Shown: positions 1 to 17,244, counted from the stretch's first letter. The stretch: 64,000 nt of DNA from Blastocystis sp. Blastoise (GCA_039096225.1 JBBPEB010000009.1:992001-1056000); one strand, 5' to 3'. Numbers and translations: made by a program. The notes: generated by a model from the sequence alone, not told the origin.

Positions 1-180
1 TACTATAAAATAAGACGAGCAACTTTGTGTACTGATTTTTCATTGTGTATTATGTGTATACACTTCATATTTATGAAGTAGTCTCTGATAGATTAGAAAA
101 GAGTTTATGCAAAAAATTATTTAAAAAAAATAAATATCAACTGAGTTCAACCAAAAACAAAATACACACAAAAACATAAA

Positions 181-215
181 AATACGCGTTTGAGAAAAAA
201 ACAATACGCGTTTGA
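181..215. promoter_or_regulatory. Direct repeat AATACGCGTTTGA x2 (each contains ACGCGT); candidate cis-element
   Basis: Identical 13-mers at 181-193 and 203-215 in very AT-rich non-coding DNA. Function is not demonstrated. Confidence 0.3.
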
Positions 216-483
216 CAGTTATTGATTCGCTGAACTATTTCTAACGGATTCATTAGCAAATGAAAAACGGTTTCCCTGTTGAAATTTTTTTTAAAAATGA
301 ATTTTATTCATAATAATTTGTATAATGGTTTTTTTTATGTATTAGATAAACAAAACAAGATCTATAAAACACAGATAAAGAAATATATTGTTTTCCTACA
401 ATACATGAAACATAACAAATAGTGACTAGTGAAAATAATATAAAAAAGCCACAATTCAACGGAATTGAAATTTATTTAGAAGA

Positions 484-1999
484 TTATTGTTGCTCTGTGG
501 TGATGTTTGGTGATAAAGAAGTGATGCTATTGTCAGGAACTGTTGTTGCTTTCTCGTTTTCAGTGACAGGATTAACAGCAATTGTTGTCATTTCTATAGA
601 CTGTTCACCTTTCTTTTCTTGATTTAAATCATTATTATTTACGTTTTCTTTTTCTTTCATTTCAGGATCTACAGGAGATAATTTCATATTTCTATGTTTA
701 ACCTATATAAAATTATTTTATATAGAAATTGAATTTAGAATATGATTGAGATATTTAATAGATATTAAAATATAAAGTAGTAAATGAAAACCATAGAATT
801 ATATACTCTTAATCTCCATTGAATGAAATAATAAGAAGGAAGACTCCAAATTAGAACACCTGCACAGAAACCAATAAAACAACATAAATATGGATCCAGT
901 TTTGCATATACATATAATAAAGAAGTTACATAACAATATATACTATTCCTATAGTAAGATAAACATTATATTAATGTTGATATTATAAATAGAATTATTA
1001 TTATTATTATTATTATTATTAATAATTATAATAATTATTATTATAATATAAATATAATATTAAAATAATATTACAATAATATTCATATAATTATAAATAA
1101 AATTTAATTAAAAAAAAATACATAAATAATAATAAAAATATACGCTGGGTTTCCGAGAATAAGAGGTCCAATGGATCCACGAACAACCTCATCATCTTGA
1201 GCTAAAGAAACAGATACCATCGTAACACTTAGAATAATAGGAAATGCAGAGAATAATCCTGCATATCCACTACTACCAAGTTGAGATATAATTAATGCAA
1301 TAAAAATAACAGCAGCAACTACTAAACCTCTAGCTATATGTGTCCAAATACTCACTTTTTTCTTTCCTTTAGGAGATTCAGGAGGTACCCAACATATACA
1401 TACTCCAACTACCATAATAATTAATGTTAATATAGGACTTAATACAATAATAGGTATTCCCCATATAGGTAACATAGTCTGTAACCAAGTGAAAAATATA
1501 CCTACAATAGACCATGCTAATATAGCTATAATTAAAGTCATAGTTAATCTCCACCCACGAGGTATTTTCTTTGATAATAATCCAGGTACATAAAACCATA
1601 CAGGAAGATATACACAACCAGAACAAAATGCACCTAAAATTGTATAAAATTCATTATTTATATTTTTAAGCTTTATTTAAATAATCATGAATATAATTTA
1701 TAAAAACAAAAATATATATATTTATAATAACTAATAAAAAAAAATTTATATAATAAGAATTAATAAAAAATTAATTTACCTATAGAAAAAGCAAATACAC
1801 CTCCTAAGGAATCATCATCAGTTTTACCATCTGTCATAATAGCAAATGAAGATGGAATGACTGTATTCGGTGCAGAACCAAGGATACCTCCAACAGATCC
1901 TCCAAAGATTTCAATAGAAAAACAAATAAATATAGAAATAAAAAAGGCAACTGTTGAGGAAGTTCCAATTTTAACCCAATTGAGATCTGCAATATTCAT
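484..1999 (-). CDS. Multi-pass membrane protein, 4 exons, resembling prokaryotic DUF3147/GlpM-like proteins; paralogue of 2672..4198
   Basis: Exons approx. 1999-1780, 1633-1143, 950-806 and 703-484, joined by GT-AG introns. Hydrophobic helices with motifs IEIFGGSVGGILGSAP and YAGLFSAFP. Family assignment is tentative. Confidence 0.8.
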
Positions 2000-2671
2000 G
2001 ATTTATATTTTCTGAACGAAAAAGGTTAAACAACTATTAGAAACGAATTCAATTGGTACAAAATGAATTATTAACTGATCCTAAAGAATGATATATATTA
2101 CTATAAAGTAAAAAATATATACTTGACTAAACCAATATCAATTACTATGAATAAGGATTAAATAATATTTTTTTCACAAGAGAAGGGTAGAAAATCAGAT
2201 GACTGTGCTTAAAAAAATAAAACGAATTTCTAAAAAAAAATCATTAGAAAATATTAAATTTGAGTAGAAAACACTTGAATATTCACGTTAAAGAAAAACG
2301 AAACACTCTTTTATTGGATAAAGTTTCTTTATGTATATTATATTCCCAGTAATAACGAGAAGCATAATCGTGATTATTCTCATATGAATATGCTATTTTC
2401 CATAAATATTCATGAAACTTAAATGTGTGAAAAAGCAAATGACTTCATGACTTGATGCAAAAGAATTCTGTTGAAAATTCTGCTGATTTATTGGCTAATA
2501 TAAATGCATCATTAAAGAATTTTCATGAATATTCTTCAATGAATGAAGGAGATTTCGTAGTGTTTATTTGTATCACCCCATTTTCTTAACCACCCCTTTT
2601 TCTTTTCCCTATTTTTGTTTTTTTTTATATATATTAAAAAACAATATATTTATATTGATTTATTTATAAAT

Positions 2672-4198
2672 ATGATAGTATTAATTAATTGGTTGAAAGT
2701 ATCTTTAACTTCTGTTGTAGCCTTTGTTGTTGCTATTACTGTTTGTCTTCTCATTGAAGTTTTTGGTGGTGTCGTAGGAGGAATTCTTGGATCAATTCCA
2801 TCTACTGTTGTTCCTGGTTCTTATGTCATTCTCACAGATGCTGCAGATGCTGAACAAGCTATTTCTGGAATGTTTGCTTTTCCATTAGGTATTTTTTAAA
2901 TATTTCATACTGTTTACATTATAATGAATTCTTGAGAAAGCGGTTTTTAAATGTTATACATATATAAATCTATTTCAAAATAGTAATTTAGTATAATTTC
3001 TCTAGGTTCTGCTTGTACTTCATGCTTATTTTTACCTGTTTGGAAGATTTTACCTAAATATATACCTCGTACTATTCCTAAATGGATTCGATTAGTAATT
3101 TTAAGTGTTGTTAGTACTCTCATTTGGGCAATAGGTGGTGTTTTTCTTGTTTGGATTCAAAATTTATTACCTTCAATTGGAGTACCTATTTATGTATTTA
3201 GTCCTATTATCGTATTAATTACTATTATTGTTGGAGTCATATTTTGTTGGCATCCTGCTCCTGCTCCTAAAGGAAAGAATAAGGTCAGTATTTGGGTTCA
3301 TTTAACAAGAGGAATAGTTGTCGCTATTTTCATCTTTTTATCATCTATTATTTCAGCTTATGGTGCTAGTGATTATGCTGGTCTTTTAACTTCTTTCCCT
3401 GCTATTACTATTGTTACTATGCTTTCTGTTTCTATTTCTCAAGATGAATCTGTCACGTGCGGAGCTATTGGCCCTCTTATGCTTGGATATGTCTCGTATG
3501 TTTATTATTATGTTTTTTTAATTCATTATTATATTTATTATTATATTTATTGTTATATTTATTATATTTTATTATGTTATTTTTTTATTTATTTATTATT
3601 AATATTTATTTATTTATTATTAATATTTTTCTATTTCTTTCTTTCAATACGTATCTTACATTAATAATATTACTATTATTATTTTTTATATCTATTCTCT
3701 ATATACTAATTCCTTTATAGAACATGTATATATGCTTACGCTTCTTGCTTATTATTTGTATTCACTTCTCTTGGCATTTGGTGGTCTATGGTAATTGCCT
3801 TCTTTTTCGCAGTTATTATCTATTCTATTCCTTTATACTTCTTTATGCAATGGAGACAACGAGTATTTATTATATATATTATTATTATTCTATTGAATAG
3901 AATATTATTTATTATATATATGTTTTATATTATTTTATACAAATAATATACTATCTATTCTTTATATATTATTGCATACAAATAAAATAAAATCTATATA
4001 TAGGTATGTAGTTCTTCTTGTTGCCATATAGAAACTGATATAGAATTAAAAGGTACTATCTCTCCTGTTCCTATATCTATAAGTGATAATAAAGATACTA
4101 CGAATGAACATTCTCTTAGTCCAGATACTAATAAGAATATAGATAATAATAATAATAATGAAGTACCTAGTGTTACTGTTAAAGCTAAAGATTTATAA
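2672..4198 (+). CDS. Multi-pass membrane protein, 4 exons; divergently transcribed paralogue of 484..1999
   Basis: Exons 2672-2888, 3006-3495, 3721-3863 and 4004-4198 splice in frame to TAA. Motifs IEVFGGVVGGILGSIP, PKGKNKVSIWVHLTRG and YAGLLTSFP are shared with the neighbour, as are the three intron positions. Confidence 0.85.
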
Positions 4199-4754
4199 CC
4201 ATCTAGATATATATTCATTTCTATGCTATTGTGAGTTTTTTTATCCTTTATTCTTGTGTTTATCATCACTTTTGTTATTTTTTTGTGTTAATTTTATGTT
4301 TGTTTTCAACATTTTTCTTTTATTTGATTCAACACTATCATCCTTTGAGTTTTTGTGTCTTATTTGTTTTGTTTTTTATCAACATCAACATCTTTTGAAA
4401 ATCATTATGATGAATAAATGCTTTGATAAATAGCTATCATTCATACATAATTGCACACTATATAAATTATGGAACATGATTCTATGATGAATTAACATAC
4501 TTTAATAAATTCATTGTTTACTGATCGATCTCATATGAGTCTCTTTCATGTCCTATATCATTCTCATTATGTCTCTACATTAAATCTAATATTTCTAATT
4601 CATAAACAACTCATGATTCTATAAAAAAAATCAAATGAAGTTTTTGTTACACTGTTTTTCATTTGTTTTAAGAAAAAACTCCAGTTAGATTTTGATGGAT
4701 CTTTGTTTTTTTTTAACTTTGTTTTTTAAATTATAATTTCAATGTTTTCATGTT

Positions 4755-7700
4755 ATGTCTAGAGATCCAGTATTAATCACACCATTAGGAACAAAATTGA
4801 TGAAATCTATGATAGGATTTCAATATGAAATCAATTATCAAACAACAATCATTCCTCATTCCGATCTATTTAATAAACCTATATCAAAATTCAGATGCAT
4901 AATATATCCTTCTCTATATTCGTCACCACAATCATCAACAGTTCTGTTTTTATTTCAAGTATTTTTTATTGTAGTCATATATAGAATATCTGTATATGTT
5001 GGTGCATCTTTCTATTTAATATAGGATTCATTTCAAAGTTATTTATCGAATGATTCTCTAGTTGAATATCTCTCTGGATTAGGATTTTGTATTGTTTCTT
5101 TTGACTATCCTTTCGCAGGTAAGTCATTATAGTTATTTATATTTTATACGTAGTTATGATGAACATTTTAGGAATTATGTTTTTTTAAATTGTAAAAATA
5201 TTTTTTTTATTTCATTTATAGGAAGTCGCCATTCTCAAGGATATTCAGATGATTGCTCTATAATAGATCTTCTAGAATATGATCTAAACACTATTTCTGA
5301 TGATTATTTAAATTTAAATATACTCTCTCTGCTTCTGTCTCGATTATCTATGTATATTATTATTATTATTATAATAGTATATAGAAACTATATCATATAT
5401 ATATTCATATTCTACTAGTTATATATATAGTGATTATACTATAATTCTAGAATTACTTCATAGAAGACATAATATAGAGTCCACTACAACTCTTCTTATG
5501 GGAATAGGAATTGGAGGAGGATTAGCTAGGTATATATATATATATATATGTAGTTATTTATATAAGTTATTTAAATTGATTTATATATTTATATTATAAA
5601 AATTGGTTTATAAATTTAAATTATTTATATTTATTTATATAACTTATTTAAATTGATTTATAAATTTAAATTATTTATATTTATATAAGTTATGTAAATT
5701 AGTTTATATATATAAATTTAAATTCAAAAATTATTATATATATTTATGAATATATTTCTCTTAATAACTCTTTTATAATTCTAATATTTATTATATATAT
5801 ATATAGTCATTTATTTCATGAATATAATTGTGGTGACTTTTTGATATCTATTCAAGGATTTGATCTCTATTCTTATATAAATATATACAGGAATAATATA
5901 CTCAAATTACCTTTACACTATCACGATAGTATATATATATTATTATTATTATTGAATAATAATTATAATAATAATAATATAATACTCAATAATTATCTAT
6001 ATATAATATTCAATAATTATTTATATATAATATTCACTAATAGTATTATATATATATAGAATTGTATTCATTAATAATGACTTTGTCTTCAGATTCAGTG
6101 ATTACAAATAAACATAAATATACAAGAAAAAGTATGTCAGTTAATCAAAATATATTTTCATAATAAACATATATATAGATGGACAATGTGTATATCTATA
6201 TACATTACCATATTCTATTCAATTATTTCCATTATTTCAAAATAAACCTCTTCTTAAAAATATTCCAGAAAAAGTATATATAATAGTTATTATTCATACT
6301 ATATATATGTGTTAAATATTTTATTCTCATTGATATTATTTGTAAAATATGAATCTATTTTTATTGTTTATATCTATATCTAATGTTTCATGAATATATA
6401 TCATTATTCTATATATAAATGACATCACTAGTATATATATATAGTATATTCCTTGTGGATCTTCAGAAGAATCTATTTCTTTTGTTTCTCTTCTATATAT
6501 CTATTTAAGTCCTTATTTATCTCCTTTCTCTTCTCTTCCTAATTCTTTCTCGTTCTCCTTTTCTCCTTCTTCTCGTCATATTTCTATTGACTGTATAGAA
6601 GAAAAAAAGTATTTATTTAATGATAATGATAATATTAAGAATAACAATGATAAACTGTATAATAATGTTAGTAATAATAAAGACATAGATAAACATATTG
6701 TTCATAATGATATTAATAAGAATATTTCGGTAAACTCAAATAATTCAAGTATTCCTCTCTCTTCTACTTCTCAAACTAATTCTGATATTTGTTATTTACA
6801 TACTTATTCTTTCAATAATCAAGATTCACACGATAATCATGATATAAGAGAGAATTATAAGCAAAATAATAGAAATAATAATAATAATAATAATAATATT
6901 AAAGAAAATAATAATAATAATGGAGATAATGAAGATAAAAATAAAAAAATACAAAGTAATAAATATAATAATAATAATAATAATATTAAAGAAAATAATA
7001 ATTATAATAATAGTATTAAAAATAATAATAATAAAATACAAAGTAATAAACATAACTATAATAATAATAATAATATAGATTTCCAAAATAGTTCTATTAT
7101 TTCAATAGATAAGATAGAACAAGATTCTAGTGATACTCATTCAAAAGTGAAACATATCCCTATAGATAATCCAAATTCAAATGCTATCCAATCATCTCTA
7201 CAAAATAATAATAAACAAGAGAATCTATTGGGTTTCGATCAGAATACTATTTCCTCTTCTTTTAATTCTATGAGTCCTACACAATCGGAGTTATCATATT
7301 GTACTTCTAATAATGAGATGCATCCTATATATACAAATACCGTTGATATTTCTTCTCAATGTATTCCTATCAATAATTCAAATAATTCATTTTCAACAAA
7401 TCATAATGAAGCAAATATTATGCCACCAAATAAATATGAATATGTATCTTCAAATAATATATATAATAACAATACCTCTCCGTCTTCTTCTGGTCCTCCT
7501 GTTTCCTCTCGATGTCTTTCTGTTTATACTCCGTCATCAACAATCTCTCCTATTCTTCCTATTAATAATGATATTAATAGTACTACTGTTGGTAGTAATA
7601 ATTCTCTTTATCATAATAATAATAATTTGGTTAATAACTATAATAATAATAATATCACAAATAATAATATCTCAAATAATAATATCTCAAATAATAATAT

Positions 7701-8256
7701 CTCAAATAATAATATCTCGAATAATAATATCTCAAATAATAATAAAATATCTATATCTGACAATCATTCTTCTCTTTCTCCTTCACAAATATATGAAACC
7801 CATTCTCTATCTTCACAAGCTTCTATTTATAATACATACTCATCTTCTACTATTTCTATTCCAATAAATCCTAATGTATTTCCTACAGAGTCTGTTTATT
7901 GTCCATATTTGAATATCTTCTCAGAAGCTGCAAGAAAGAGAATTGAAATGCTTAATTCTAATACTAATAATATTAATATAAATCAATATAATATTAATAT
8001 AAATCAATATAATAATAATTATAATGAATCTAATTATATAAACACGAATAATCCTATTAATAAAAATGATATATTTATATCTTCTAGAACTCCTGATACA
8101 CAAAACAAACAATCATCATATATTAATAATAATATTAAATATAATAATAATAATACAATTCAATATTCTGACTTACAATCACATGCCTCACTTCATTTTG
8201 ATTCGTCAATTCAAAGTATATATACACCTTATTCGTATAGTTGGCCTATAAATTAA
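4755..8256 (+). CDS. Alpha/beta-hydrolase-fold-like protein (monoglyceride lipase/lysophospholipase-like, probably inactive) with a long Asn/Ser-rich C-terminal tail
   Basis: Spliced exons give ...TVLFLFQ|DSFQSY...LSGLGFCIVSFDYPFAGSRHSQG...LLMGIGIGGGLA, resembling VVLVHG / GFAVFALDHRGHGRSEG / LLGHSMGGLIA. The last exon, 6445-8256, is one open frame of low complexity. Confidence 0.6.
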
Positions 8257-8486
8257 TTTTCAATCAGTAATTTTTATTGTTTTGTTGCTTATATGTATTT
8301 AAAAAAACAGTAATTATTTACATTTAAAAAAATAATCAAAAAAAAAAAAACAACGACTATTTTAAACACAAACAATTTTAATTATTAAACAAAGAAAATG
8401 ATAAAAAATTGAGAAAGATGAAAAAAGAAGAGAAATATTTCTTTTTAATAAATTATTAATATAAGCATGAAAAAAGAACAACCTTT

Positions 8487-8861
8487 TTATAATTCAGTAG
8501 AAACTAGAACAGGAGAAGGAGTTATTTGTGGAGTTACAGAGTTATTATTATCACTATTTATATTTGAAGGAATATCTGAGTGAACAGAAGTAGAACTTGT
8601 AATAGATACAGGAAGAGATCTCATCTCTATATCTGTATTTATATTCTCTATTTTAGAATCTGATTTATTCTCTGATATCTCGATTTCTATATATATATAT
8701 TTGTTATCGTAAAATATCATAAAGTAAAAATATTTTATTTTATTTATATACTATTTTGTTCAGTTTCTAGAGTTACGTTTTTCTTTTTTAAAAGCATCTT
8801 TTTGTCTTTAACCACAATACAATTATATATTATTAAATCAATCAACAATAGTACACCTATT

Positions 8862-8898
<37 letters not shown>

Positions 8899-9012
8899 TA
8901 TATATATACCAAGTATAGGACATAATAAGAAACAATAGAAAGGAGATATTTGATATAAAGTACCACATAATGTAGGTACAATAATCATGGGAATCTGACC
9001 AGCCATAACACC

Positions 9013-9093
<81 letters not shown>

Positions 9094-9135
9094 CCCACAG
9101 AGAGAACTTGTCCTTGAGCGTGTTTTGGAGCTTCG

Positions 9136-9177
<42 letters not shown>

Positions 9178-10794
9178 ATGTTAAGTTACATAATTAAATA
9201 AATTTCTATATATATATACTGAAAGAACAGAAGAGATAAGTGAGAAAACAAACCCAAATCCAAAGTATATAAGAATAGAAGACATATAACAATCAAACAC
9301 GGACTCAGAAAATAATATATATACACCTCCAGCAACTATATATATATAGATATGTAATACAATAAAACAATATATATATATATACTCATAAACAGAGTAC
9401 CACAAATCATCATTTGACCTATATATATATAACATAAATATATATATAGATTATAGTATACCAATTGTTATCACTTTAAGTAGTGGAACAACAAAACACA
9501 ATTGAGCGATGGAAGTGAATAGCCCTCCAACACAACTGGCGCCACTATGTAAGAATAAATATATATATATATATTTATATATATAATAATATATACCTAA
9601 CAACAAATGAAGAAGAATTAAATTTCTCATTCATAAATAAACCAAGCCTATACAAATAATAATAAACATAAACTCTACTTATCTATATATATATATATAT
9701 ATATACATAGACATAAATGAATGATTTAGCGATTCTGTAAAAAAACGACATAAAACCATAAGTATCATTCTAATATTCCAGTGAACTTTTTCATGTTTTT
9801 TTGATTGTTTTCTTGATTCTTTTAATAATTTGAGTTCTGCATCAATTAAATTGATGCGATTTCTATCTTCATCAGATTGAGATTTCTTATTAAGTATATT
9901 TTTTCGTTCTTTATTTAATTCAGTTCTTTTAATAACAGAATGATTTGTCTCTTTTATAGCAGAGAAACCAATTATAAACATAATAAATGCCATCAAACTA
10001 GCAAGCCAACTATTTGAAATAGTAAATTATATAGGTGTATTAGTTTAAAAGATCTTAAAAAGATTTTTTTATAATAATAAATATAATAAACATAATATTA
10101 AAAAATATAAAAAATATAATTAATATAATAAATATAATATATATAACCTACAAAGGGCTTTCTAGAATCCATTCTCCAAGTAATCCTCCTATACCTGGTC
10201 CAAATACATATGCACCAGAAATGAAAGCACCTTGTTGTGTCATATATTTGGGTCTTTCTTCTAAAGTAGTAACGTCACCAATATAAGCTTGACCTATTGT
10301 TTGACTACCTCCTAAGAATCCAGTATAACCGCGGAAAACAATAAATGCCCACATTGACCAAGAAAATGACTGAAGTAAAGGACCTTAATATATATATCAT
10401 AAGATTAATCTAAATATATAAGAGCAACAAAAAAACAAATATATTCTAAACATTAATTATAGAAAAATAATTGTATAAATTATAATATACCTGTAAATGA
10501 ACCAAATAAAGAGATTAATAATAATAATTTTCTTCCTAAAGAATCTGACAATGTTCCCATTAAGACAACACCTAAATATTTAAAAATAAAAATAATGACA
10601 ATTTGAATTAAAAAACATTATAACATACTAATAGTCTGAAATAGTGCATAACTTGTTAATGTAAGACCAATCTCAGTTGAAGATCCACCTAATTTTTGTG
10701 AAAAGAAAGGAATAATTGGAACAGAAAATGAGTATCCAAATGCATCCATGAAGACAGCTAAATTCACCATTAAAATATCTTTTGTCGGAGCCAT
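8487..10794 (-). CDS. Major facilitator superfamily transporter (DHA1/TetA-like drug:H+ antiporter type), multi-exon
   Basis: N-terminus VFMDAFGYSFSVPIIP; motif A GTLSDSLGRK; FRGYTG; AYIGDVTTLEER; motif C-like GAYVFGPGIGGLLG. Confidence 0.9.
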
Positions 10795-12074
10795 AGTTTT
10801 TTCTTGGTTATAGATAAAGTAGAATTAAACTAGTTATCAGATAGAATTCCAACAATAAAAAATATTTTTTTTTGTATTATATCCAACCACTATGAAATAT
10901 CATTTTGATATGTTTTCTTCATGTGACGATGAATCGAATTTAGAGTTGGTTATTTGCATGATAAAGAATTAAGACATTATAAAAAAACACAAGAAAACAA
11001 ATCCATTTCAGATAATTCCAGGCAATTTCAGAAAAAATTCATTTGCTTTTTTCTTTTGTCGCTATTAATTGAATGGTTGGAAATCAATTTGAAAAACAAA
11101 TTTATTTTCGTTGATTTCGTTGGTTGATTCTTATTATTCATTACTGACTCTATATTCAGTTTTCTAATGAAATATTCTTTGAAAAATCATTTGGAATGTT
11201 CCATATAGATCATTTTATAAAGATGTTTCTATAGTTTATCTATTGAAAGATGTGTTAATAGTATCTATAAAACGAATATATCATTTGATTTATGCTGAAA
11301 AATAATTAAAAAATTAGAATTGGAGGCTTTATAAGAATAAGAAGAATTGTAAAGTATCCAATGAATAAGAATTGAGTTATTGATAACGTAGTCACTATAT
11401 AAAGAAAAGAAAAAAAGAAATTCTTTTGTATTTGATGAAAACTATATAAACGTATCTTGTTTGAAATGAATGCTTATTTTAATATTTTAATAGCTATCAT
11501 TAATCAATTTAAGAATATAAGCTGACAGAAATCTATTATGAAGAGAATAAAATCGAGAAAATGGATGATGTTATTAAAATATCACTCGTAATATATGAAT
11601 TGAATCAGAAGTTATTCTTGTATACATACAACATAATATATGCATCGAAGAAATGTTTTTGTAAACGAGAAGAATTAAGTAATCAAAGGAGAAATTGATT
11701 TATATAGATTTGGTAGTAAATAACGTTATTTTCATGCTTCTCGTGCCTTGAAGAATCTATCTCATTTGTATTAGACGCAAAGAAAAGCAAATACGATGAA
11801 ATAAAATTTACACGATATGTAAAATTAATGAATTTCTTACCTTATTTAATTCTCATATCATTCTAAAAAGTCACTCTAGCATTAACCATTTAACTTGATA
11901 ATTTCTTGTGGAAATAAAACGCTTTATGTGAGAAAGAAATAAAAATCATGGTAAAAATTAAAATTCACGATATAATTCAACTAAATATCCGTGAAAAAGG
12001 TAATTTCTTTGAAATGACCATATTTTTTTGATTCATTATTAAAAAGTATATATACTAAATAAAGAGACTTTACT

Positions 12075-13868
12075 ATGAATACTGGATCTTACTATTGCAT
12101 TTCTGATTCTGAGAGAATTGAAGATGTCGTTGCTTCTTTTGTTGCCTCTTGTTTAGTATGTGTTAATTGTCACAAAATTTTGTATTCTAATAATAATGAA
12201 TTCTTTAATGAAATATAAAAAACATATATAGGGTCAAGAAGAATGTGATGCTCTTGAAAATGAACTTAAGGAGTATCTTGATCAAGAAAAGTATTATGAT
12301 TATGTTGTTCGTTGTGTAGATACTATTCCTCAACTCTATTCCTCTAAGAAAATTGAAGGTAATTGTTTTTATTTATTGTTTTCTTTTGTTTTATAAGAAT
12401 TTTGTTTTTTTTTATAAGAATTTTGTTTTTTTTTATAAGAATTTTATTATTTTTTTATAAGAATTTTATTATTTTTTATAAGAATTATATATTTTTAATT
12501 ATTAATATTTCTGATTATAAATATGATTTATAGAATTCAAATGTTTTATCACTGTTCTTTCTGATATGCTTAATTCCATTACAGTCTATGATTTATCTCA
12601 AGATGCTTGTACTGGTATAGCCTCTCAAATTTCTTCTTTAGAAAATTGTACTTCTACTCAAAAGATGGAATTACTTAATATTGTTTTCAACGCTGTTCAA
12701 GCTTTTTCAGCTGAAAAATGTATTGTTTTAAAGTTTATGGTTTCCAATTGTAAAGGTATATATATAAAATTTTTTGTTATTTTTCTATATATATATTATG
12801 TGAACATACAATATTTTTATTTATTATAGGTTTTGAAGAATGTTTATATACTTATATACTAAAGATGGATATCAATGAATGGGATATTACTGTAGATATG
12901 TTCAGAGATTTATTATTATCCTTAAATACTACTCTTCTTCAAATAGAACAATTTGAGAAGTGTAGAGTTGTTTTGATTCATTATTTATTAACCTTCGAGT
13001 CTGCTTCTCATGAGGAATTAGAACAAACCACTCCTTATGCTGTTCAATCTAGTATGTATATTATAATATTTATTATTATAATGTTTATTATATTTATTAT
13101 ATATATTATAATGTTTATTATGTTATATATATTATATTCTCTTTATTATACTTATTATGATTATTATATTATATTTATTATACTTATTATTTATATAGTT
13201 GTTTATTCTCTTCGTTTCAATACTAAAGTTGAAGAATATAATGAATTAGAATTTATTGCTATTAAATATTTAGCTAAACACGAAGAGTATATTTATTATT
13301 GTTATTATTATTCTATTATATATACTATTATTACTATTCAATATGAATTATTACTATATCTATTGTATAGATATAAAAGTGTATATCAATTATTACACGT
13401 CATGCGTTCAGGAGATCTCGAAAAATTAGAACAATTAAAAGAACAAAATAAAGAATTCTTAGAAAAGAATAATATTGATGTAAATTCTCTTGTTACTTCT
13501 ACTCGTCTATCTCTTCTTCTTTCTCTTCTTAATAATAAAACTATTGTTGAATTTAAAGATATTGCTACTGCTCTTCAAATATCTGAAAATGAAGTTGAAC
13601 GTTGGATCATCGCTGCATATAAACAAAAACTTGTTGAAGGTAAAATTAATCAAGTTAACAAAACATTTACTATCACGTATATATATGATATTATTTATAA
13701 TACGTATAATAATAAATATAATAATAATAACAATAATGTATATATAGTCGTACAACATGTCTTGAATTTACTTCTGACGATTGGAATGCTCTTCAAAATA
13801 AAATCCGTTCTTGGAAAAATACAATTCAAAATGCTATTCATTCTATAGAACAAATTGAAGGATTATAA
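12075..13868 (+). CDS. EIF3M: Eukaryotic translation initiation factor 3 subunit M (PCI domain)
   Basis: C-terminal PCI winged helix FKDIATALQISENEVERWIIAAYKQKLVEGKINQVNKT, followed by EFTSDDWNALQNKIRSWK, matching the eIF3m pattern F...W..L...L..W. Confidence 0.8.
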
Positions 13869-14064
13869 ATATATATTATATCATATTAAACTAAACAATT
13901 ATTTTTTTTTATCTTTTTATTTGTGTAACTAATTTTTATACATATATATTATGGTTTGTTATTCAAAGTTTTGTTCATTTAAAATATTGTTGTTTTTTTA
14001 ATACACATCAAACAGTGAATAACTGTACATATTATTATAATATATAAACACTAATCAATATATT

Positions 14065-16844
<2,780 letters not shown>

Positions 16845-17244
16845 TTCAAAAGATAATATAATAAAAATTGCGTTAAATGAAGTAATATATTTTTATTAGA
16901 ATAAACCTAATATAATAATGTATTAATTATAACAATACAAATAAGAATTAGATATTTTAACTTTATAATTTCTTTAAAGTTTAATAAAAGTTTTTTCCTT
17001 AAAGACATCATGCATAATTATGTTTATGTATTGCACAGATATTTTGTTATATTCGATTGAAAAAAATAATGTTCGTTAATCAATAACTTATGTGATAAAT
17101 ATGTTTCTATTATCATATATATAGTTTTATTTAATTATGTTAACAATAATAAAACACAAATACATACAAATAAACACAAATGAAACAAATAAATTAAACG
17201 ATATCAATAAATATGATTTTTAAAATATTAAATAATAGAATAAA

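Noticed and set aside
1-68. Start of a minus-strand gene leaving the window (MKNQYTKLLVLFY from 43)
   Set aside because: Only 13 codons are visible; it cannot be supported without the adjacent sequence.
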